64,000 bases of DNA, from the NCBI GenBank assembly GCA_039028615.1, contig JBCCHT010000014.1:160001-224000 (forward strand), read 5' to 3'. The position numbers and the translations under genes are program-made. Position 1 is the first letter of the stretch. Every line of letters begins with the position of its first letter. Origin of the DNA: Myxococcota bacterium. Lineage in GTDB: Bacteria > Myxococcota_A > Polyangia > Nannocystales > Nannocystaceae. Under the pieces are notes generated by a model. The model was not told the origin of the DNA, searched no databases, and was given only the letters and a program-made list of their open reading frames with translations. Shown here in pieces: positions 28,201 through 35,200 of this stretch.

Positions 28201-29209
28201 GGGCCCGTGGGAGGGCGGCATGGTCAACCCGGCCCTACGCAAGCGCTTCGCCGAGCTGGGCGTCCCGATGATCCCGCTGGACGTCGGGGCCCGCATGCTG
28301 GCCGACGAGCTGCGAGCCCCGCACGCCGAGTCGGTAGAGCTGGTGCTGGGCGGTGAGCCCCGAGCCGAGGCTCTTTTGGTCAAGGGCAGCGAAGATCGAC
28401 GGCTCGAGCTGGAGGTCCACGTCGGCCAAGGCACGCATGGCTATCTCGCCGACCACTCCATCGGTGGTGCCGCGGTCGTCCCCGTCGTGCTCGCCATGGA
28501 GTGGATGACCCGCCTCGCCCGCGCCTTCCGGCCCGACCTCGAGCTGCGCTCCATCGACAAGCTTCGGGTGCTGCGGGGCATCAAGCTGTCCGGCTTCGAC
28601 GGCGGCGGCGACCGCTTCACCTTGCGCGCCCGCACGCTCCGCAACGGCCACGGGGCGATCCTCGAGCTCGAGGTCCTCGGCTCGGATGGAACGCCGCACT
28701 ACCGCTCCGAGGCCACGATGGCCGCCAAGGAGGACCCGGCGCCGCCCTCGTCGTCGCCCTCTTCGCCCCGGCTCGAAGCGTGGAGCGGCAGCTCCATCTA
28801 CGGCGACGTGCTCTTCCACGGCGACAAGTTCCAGGTCATCGAGTCGCTCGAGGGCGTGGGCGCTGATGGCATCGCCGGCACGCTCAAGGGCGTGGACCGA
28901 GCGGGCTGGACCTGGGAGAGCTGGCAGACCGACGCCGCCGCGCACGACGGTGGCCTCCAGCTCGCCGTGCTGTGGGCACGTCACCAGCTGGGCCGCGCCA
29001 TGCTGCCCATGGGAATCGAAGCGCTGAAGCTCTCGGGCCAACCGGTGGTCGAAGGGCCCCTGCGCTGCTTTGCCCGATGCCGCGAAACCGACGCGTCGCG
29101 AGTGACGGCCGACCTGGCCTTCGTCGACGCCGAGGGCCGCGTGATCAGTGAGCTGCGGGGGGCCGAGCTGGTCGCCCGTCCCGACATGCCGTCGATCGCC
29201 CGGGGCTGA
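22286..29209 (+). CDS. pfaA: PUFA synthase PfaA-like subunit (Pfa2): KS-MAT-ACPx4-KR-DH
   Basis: KS DAACAS / EAHGTGT / GHTKAAAG; malonyl-AT GHSFG and AFHS; four ACPs with [49 protein letters not shown] and DGGLQ. Confidence 0.95.
   Translation: [2307 protein letters not shown]
25748..26848 (+). repeat. Four near-identical tandem ACP-coding repeats
   Basis: Units begin at about 25748, 26039, 26327 and 26615 (period 288-291 bp), each encoding DLE..[66 protein letters not shown]. Confidence 0.95.
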
Positions 29210-29213
29210 GCCC

Positions 29214-32200
29214 ATGACCATGCCGCCCATCGCGATCGTGGGCCGGGCCTGCGTGGTGCCCGGTGCTCTGAGTCCGCAACAACTGTGGGACGCGGTCCGT
29301 GAACGCCGCTACCACGTGAGCGCGGCCGACCCGGGCGCATGGCGAACCGGGGCCGACGACGTCGTGCGGGGCCCCGGGCAAGACCCGACCAACGGCACGT
29401 GGCACGACCGCGGGGGCTATGTCCGCGGCTTCGATCGAGTGTGGGACCCCGAGGGTTTCGGGGTCCCGGCGGCCTCGCTCGCGGGGCTCGATCCGTTGTT
29501 CACCTGGGTCCTGCACTGCGCCCGGCAAGCGCTGCGTGACGCGGGAGACGACCGCACGGGGGCCATCGCCCGCCCCCGCGTTCGCGCCGTACTCGGCAAC
29601 CTCGGCTTCCCCACTGCGGGGATGAACCGCTACGCCGAGTCCGTGTGGTCGCCCCAGCCCGGGGAGACCGCGCCCGATCCTCGCAACCGCTTCATGTCGA
29701 GAGGCCCGGCGGCGCTGCTCGAGCAGGCCCTGGGCCTGGCCCCGGGTGCGTTCTGCCTCGATGGCGCCTGCGCCAGCTCGCTCTACGCCATCGCCATGGG
29801 CTGCGCCCAGCTCAACGACGGCGACGCGGACCTCGTGCTCGCGGGCGCCGTCAATCGTGCCGACGACCTGTTCCTGCACGTGGGCTTCTGCGCCCTCAAG
29901 GCCCTCAGCCCCAGCGGCCACAGCCGCCCCTTCGACGCCGACGCCGATGGCCTGATCCCGGGCGAAGGCGCGGGCGTGGTGGCGCTCAAGCGGCTGGCCG
30001 ATGCGCGGCGAGACGGCGACACGATCCACGGCATCATCCGTGGCGTCGGCCTGTCCAACGACGGCCGCGGTCGAGGCTTCCTCGCCCCCTCCGAAGAAGG
30101 CCAGCGTCGGGCGCTCGAGGCCGCCTATCGCAACGCGGGGGTCGACCCGTCCGAGGTCTCCCTGCTCGAGTGCCATGCCACCGGCACCGTGCTCGGCGAC
30201 GCCACCGAGCTTCGCAGCACGGGCACCGTATTCGAGGACTGCGAAGGCGTCCCCATCGGCTCGCTCAAGTCCAACCTCGGACACCTCATCACCGCCGCGG
30301 GCGTAGCCGGGCTCATCAAGGTGCTCGAGGCCATGCGCCACCGCCAGCGACCGGCGACGGTGCAGGTGCGCACGCCCAACCCCGCGCTCGACACGGGGCC
30401 CTTTCGGCTGCTCACCGAGCAAGAAGACTGGCCGGCGTCGTCCCCTCGCCTCGCGGGCGTCTCCGCGTTCGGCTTCGGAGGCAACAACGCACACCTGGTC
30501 GTCAGCGAGGACGACCCGACCCTCGACGCGCCGACCGAGGTTCGTCCGCCCGCAGCCGCACCGCTGGCCATCGTGGGCGTGGGCGCGGTGGTGGGCTCGG
30601 TCTCGAATGCCGAAGACTTCGCCGCCGCGATCGTCAGTCGCCGCTCGCTGCTGCAACCCGGGGACGAAGGAAAACCCGCGGGGGCTCGCATCGACGAGCT
30701 CGCGCTCGGCCTCGAGGGCCTGTGTTTTCCGCCCCGGGACCTGCAGCGCACGCTCGCGCAGCAGCTCGCCGTGCTGCAGGCAGCGCGCGAAGCCACGGCC
30801 GACGCACCCGAGCTACCGCGCGACCGCACCGGGGTCTACGTGGCGATGGAGGCCGATCCCGAGGTCTGCCGCTATGGGCTGCGCTGGCGCCTGCGAGAGC
30901 GCCTGCGCCAAGCGGGGGCCACATCGCCCGAGTCGGCATCGGGCCTGAGTTCGCTCGAGGAGACCATCGCCCCTCCGCTGGGGGCCGAGGAAGTCGTGGG
31001 CACCATGCCCAACATCCCCGCCAACCGTCTCAATCGGCAGCTCGACCTCGGCGGGCCCAGCTTCACCGTGTCCGCGGGCGAAGCGTCGGGACGGGTCGCG
31101 CTCGAGTTGGCGGCGCGAGCCCTGCGAACGGGGCAGCTCGATGCCGCGGTGGTCGGTGCGGCCGACCTCTCGTGTCAGGCCGTGCACTTGGCCGCGCTTT
31201 CGGCCCGGGGTGATGCATCGCCGCCGCCCGGAGATGCGGCCACCGTGGTCGTGCTGCGCCGACTCACCGATGCGGTGCGCGAAGGCGAAGCAGTCCTCGC
31301 CGTGCTCGAGACCGAGGCAGACGCCCCATCCCCCGCCCAGGAATCGATCGACGCGCTCGGATTGCGATCGACGATGGGGCACTGCTGGGCCGCGGGCGAC
31401 CTCCGCGACGTCACAGCGGCCGCCCTGCTCGCCCGCGACCAACCGGGTACGACGACCCAGATTCCCGCTCGCCCCGGAGGTCACGCGGTGCGGGTGCGAA
31501 GTGCCGGGCCGCAGCTGTTCCGGTTCGCGGGAGCCGATCGCTCGGCGCTGGAACGACGACTCCAAACGGGTGAGCCGGGCGGTGAAGGTCCGTGTCGAGC
31601 GGCGATCATCGCGTCCACGCCCGCCCAGCTCGAGCAACGCCGTGCCCAGGCCGGAGCCCATCTGTCCAAGGGCACCGCCGTGGGGCCCGGCGTGTTCGTA
31701 CGGTCGCGTCCCATGGACGGCAGCCTGGCGCTCGTCTTCTCCGGTGCAGGTGCGGCGTACCCCGGCATGGGCACCCCCCTGCAACGAGCCCTGCCCGAGC
31801 TCGACCAGGCGCTGCGAAGCCGCAGCCCGGTGCTCGCTCGCCACTTCGATGCCCCCTGGGACGACGACGGCCACGCGCCCCCCTTGCAGCGCCTGTGGAG
31901 TTCGTCCTACCTGACCCAGCTGCACGCCGAGCTCACTCGTTCGTGGCTCGAGCTCGAGGCCGACGCGGTCATCGGCTACTCCTCCGGTGAGAGCAACTCG
32001 TTGTTCGCGACGGGCATCTGGAACGACCACGACGACATGGTCGAGCAGTGCCGCCGCTCCGGCTTGTTCACCGAGCAGATCGGCGGCCGCTTCGAGGCCG
32101 TCGCCCGGGCTTGGGGCCAGCCCGCCCAATGGGAGACCTGGACGGTGGTCGCCCCGGTCGACGAGGTCATCGCGCTCGTCGGCTCGATACCCAGGGTCCA

Positions 32201-35200
32201 CGTGTCGATCATTCACCACGACGGCGAGTGTGTGGTGGCGGGCGATCCGAGCGGCTGCGCTCAGCTGCGGGAGCGCGTGGGCGCCAAGCGCTGCCATCGG
32301 CTGCGCTACGACCTCGCAGTGCACGTGCCCGAGCTGCAGCAGGTGGCGGCGCCGTGGCGCGAGCTTCATCGACGCCCGGTCACCCCGCCGCGCTCGGGCC
32401 TGTCCGTGTACTCGGGCGCCACGAGCCAGGCCTACACCCCGAGCGAGGACGCGTGCGCCGAGGCCATTCTCGGCCAGGCCAACCGTCGCCTGGACTACCG
32501 CCGGGTCATCGAGCGGGCCTACGCCGATGGCGTGCGCGTGTTCGTGGAGCACGGCCCGCGGCGCAGCTGCAGCGGGTGGATCCAGCAGATTCTGGGCGAT
32601 CGAGACGCCGTGGTGGTGGCGCTCGACCGCAAGGGCGGCGGGCTCCTTCCCGTGCTCGAGACGGTCGCGGCGTTGTGGTCCGCCTCGGTTCCCGTGCGCC
32701 TCGATCCTCGCATCGAAGGCCTCGGCCCTCACGCTCGGCCAGCCCCGCCGCAGCGGTCGAGCAGCCCGCGCATGCAGTTCGCGGCTCGCCCTCGCCCTCT
32801 TCGCATGCCGCCCTTGTCGACCATGCTCTCCTCGACCGATCGCGAAACGCCCGAGGCCCCGACGCTTCAACCCATGCCCCCCGCGCCGACGCTGCCGCCA
32901 GTGGGCTCGGTACCGCCAGACCTGCCGACGGCCGCCCCGCCCCGGCCTGCACCCACGCAGCCTGCCCCCGCGGCCACGGTCGCTCCGCCGCCCACCGTGC
33001 CTCCGGTCGCCACCGCGCTGCCACCGACGGACACCGCGTCGCGCGTGGCCGCAGTGATGCAAGCTCAGCTCGCGACGCTAGGCGATCGGCAGCGAGCGTT
33101 CGTGCAGGAGCAGGCCGCACTGCATCAACAGTTCTTGGCGGTCCGCGCCCAAGCCAACGCGATGCTCGTGGGCGCGATGCAGGGTGGCGCGGTGCAGACG
33201 CCCGCCGCGACACCGACCGCTCCGGTCCCGACGCCGGCCCCCGCCATCACGAACCCGGTTGCCCCCATAGCTGCGACTTCGCAAGCTCCGGTAGCCGCCA
33301 AACCTGCTCCCGCCCCGCTCGCAGCCCGTCCTGCGCCCAAGCCCGCGGCGACGACCAACCGGCCGAGCGCGAAGCCGGTCCCTGCGAAGTCCACCGGACC
33401 GCGGCCTCCCTGCGGTCCGACCTTCGATCGCGCCGCGCTCGAGGTTCACGCGGGCGGCAACATCTCCGAGATCTACGGCCCTCAGTTCGCCGGCCAGGAC
33501 CGCTTCGACCGTCAGGTCCGAATGCCCTTGCCGCCCCTGCTGCTCGCCGACCGCGTCACCGGACTCGACGCGGAGCCCATGGCGATGAAGCTGGGCACGA
33601 TCTGGACGGAGACCGACGTCACCGAGAACGCCTGGTACCTGCACGCCGGGCGCATGCCCCCCGGGATCATGATCGAGTCGGGTCAAGCCGACCTCATGCT
33701 CATCAGCTACCTGGGCGTCGACGCCGAGAACCAGGGCGAGCGGGTCTATCGGCTGCTCGGATGCACGCTGACCTTCCACGGCAGCCCGCCCGAGGTCGGC
33801 GAGACCTTGTGCTTCGACATCCACCTCGACGGGCACGCCAAGCAGGGCAAGTCCCGCCTGATGTTCTTCCACTACGACTGCCACATCGACGACCAGGTGC
33901 GGCTATCGGTACGACAGGGCCAGGCCGGTTTCTTCACCGACAAGGAGCTCGCCGAGTCCGACGGTTGCCTGTGGAGCCCGCAGGAGCAGTCGATCGTCGA
34001 CGACCCGCAGCTCGACGCCCCGGCGATGGAGACGGCCTCCTCGTTCACCGCCGCCCAGGTCCAGGCCTTTGCCGAAGGACGCCCCTGGGATTGCTTCGGT
34101 GACGGGGCTCTACCGACCCGGTGCCACACCCGTACCCCGCGGATCCAATCCGGCCGCATGCAGCTGCTGCATCGCGTCGACGAGTTCGCCCCGCGCGGCG
34201 GCCCCTGGGGCCGGGGGTACCTGCGCGCCGAGACCCCCATCACGCCCGACGATTGGTTCTTCGAGGGACACTTCCTCAACGACCCCTGCATGCCGGGGAC
34301 GCTGATGTTCGAGGGCTGCCTGCAGGCGCTCGCGTTCCACCTCGCGGCCATGGGCTACACCCTCGATCGCGACGGCTGGCGCTTCGAGCCCGTGCCCGAG
34401 CACGCCATGACCCTGAGCTGCCGCGGCCAGGTCACCCCCCAGGCCAAATCGCTGACCTACGAGGTCTTCGTCGAGGAAATCTCCGCCGGGCCCGAGCCCA
34501 CCGTCTACGCCGACCTGCTGTGCACCGTCGATGGCCTCAAGGCCTTCCATGCGCGCCGCGTCGGCCTGCGCCTGGTCCCCGCGTGGCCGCTGGACGAAGG
34601 CCACGTACTGCTCGATCGAAGCGAGTCCGACGAGGGCCACACCATCGCGCGCAGCGGTGGCTTCGCGTACGACTACCGCTCGATGCTCGCCTGCGCCCAC
34701 GGGCGACCGACGGAGGCGTTCGGGCCCATCTACGCCCGCTTCGACGGCACCCAGCCCGTCGCTCGCCTGCCGAACCCGCCCTATCACTTCATCTCCCGCG
34801 CCACCTCGATCACGGGCGAAGCGGGCGCGATGGAGTCCGGCGTCGAGGTGCAGGTCGAGTTCGATGTCGACCCGAACGCCTGGTACTTCGCCGACAACGG
34901 CAACCGCAGCATGCCCTTTGCGGTGCTGCTCGAGGCCGCCTTGCAGCCCTGCGGGTGGCTGGCGAGCTTCATGGGGTGCGCCCTCGCGGTCGACATTCCC
35001 CTGAAGTTCCGCAACCTCGATGGCCACGGCACCGTGCACCGCGAGGTCGGGCCCGACGATGGCGTCCTGCGGACCCGCGTCCGCAACACCCAGCTGTCGA
35101 TCACCGCGTCGATGATCATCGTGGGCTTCGACGTCGAGTGCCGGGTCGAAGACGCGCTCGTCTACGAGATGAGCACCGTGTTCGGGTTCTTCCCCGCATC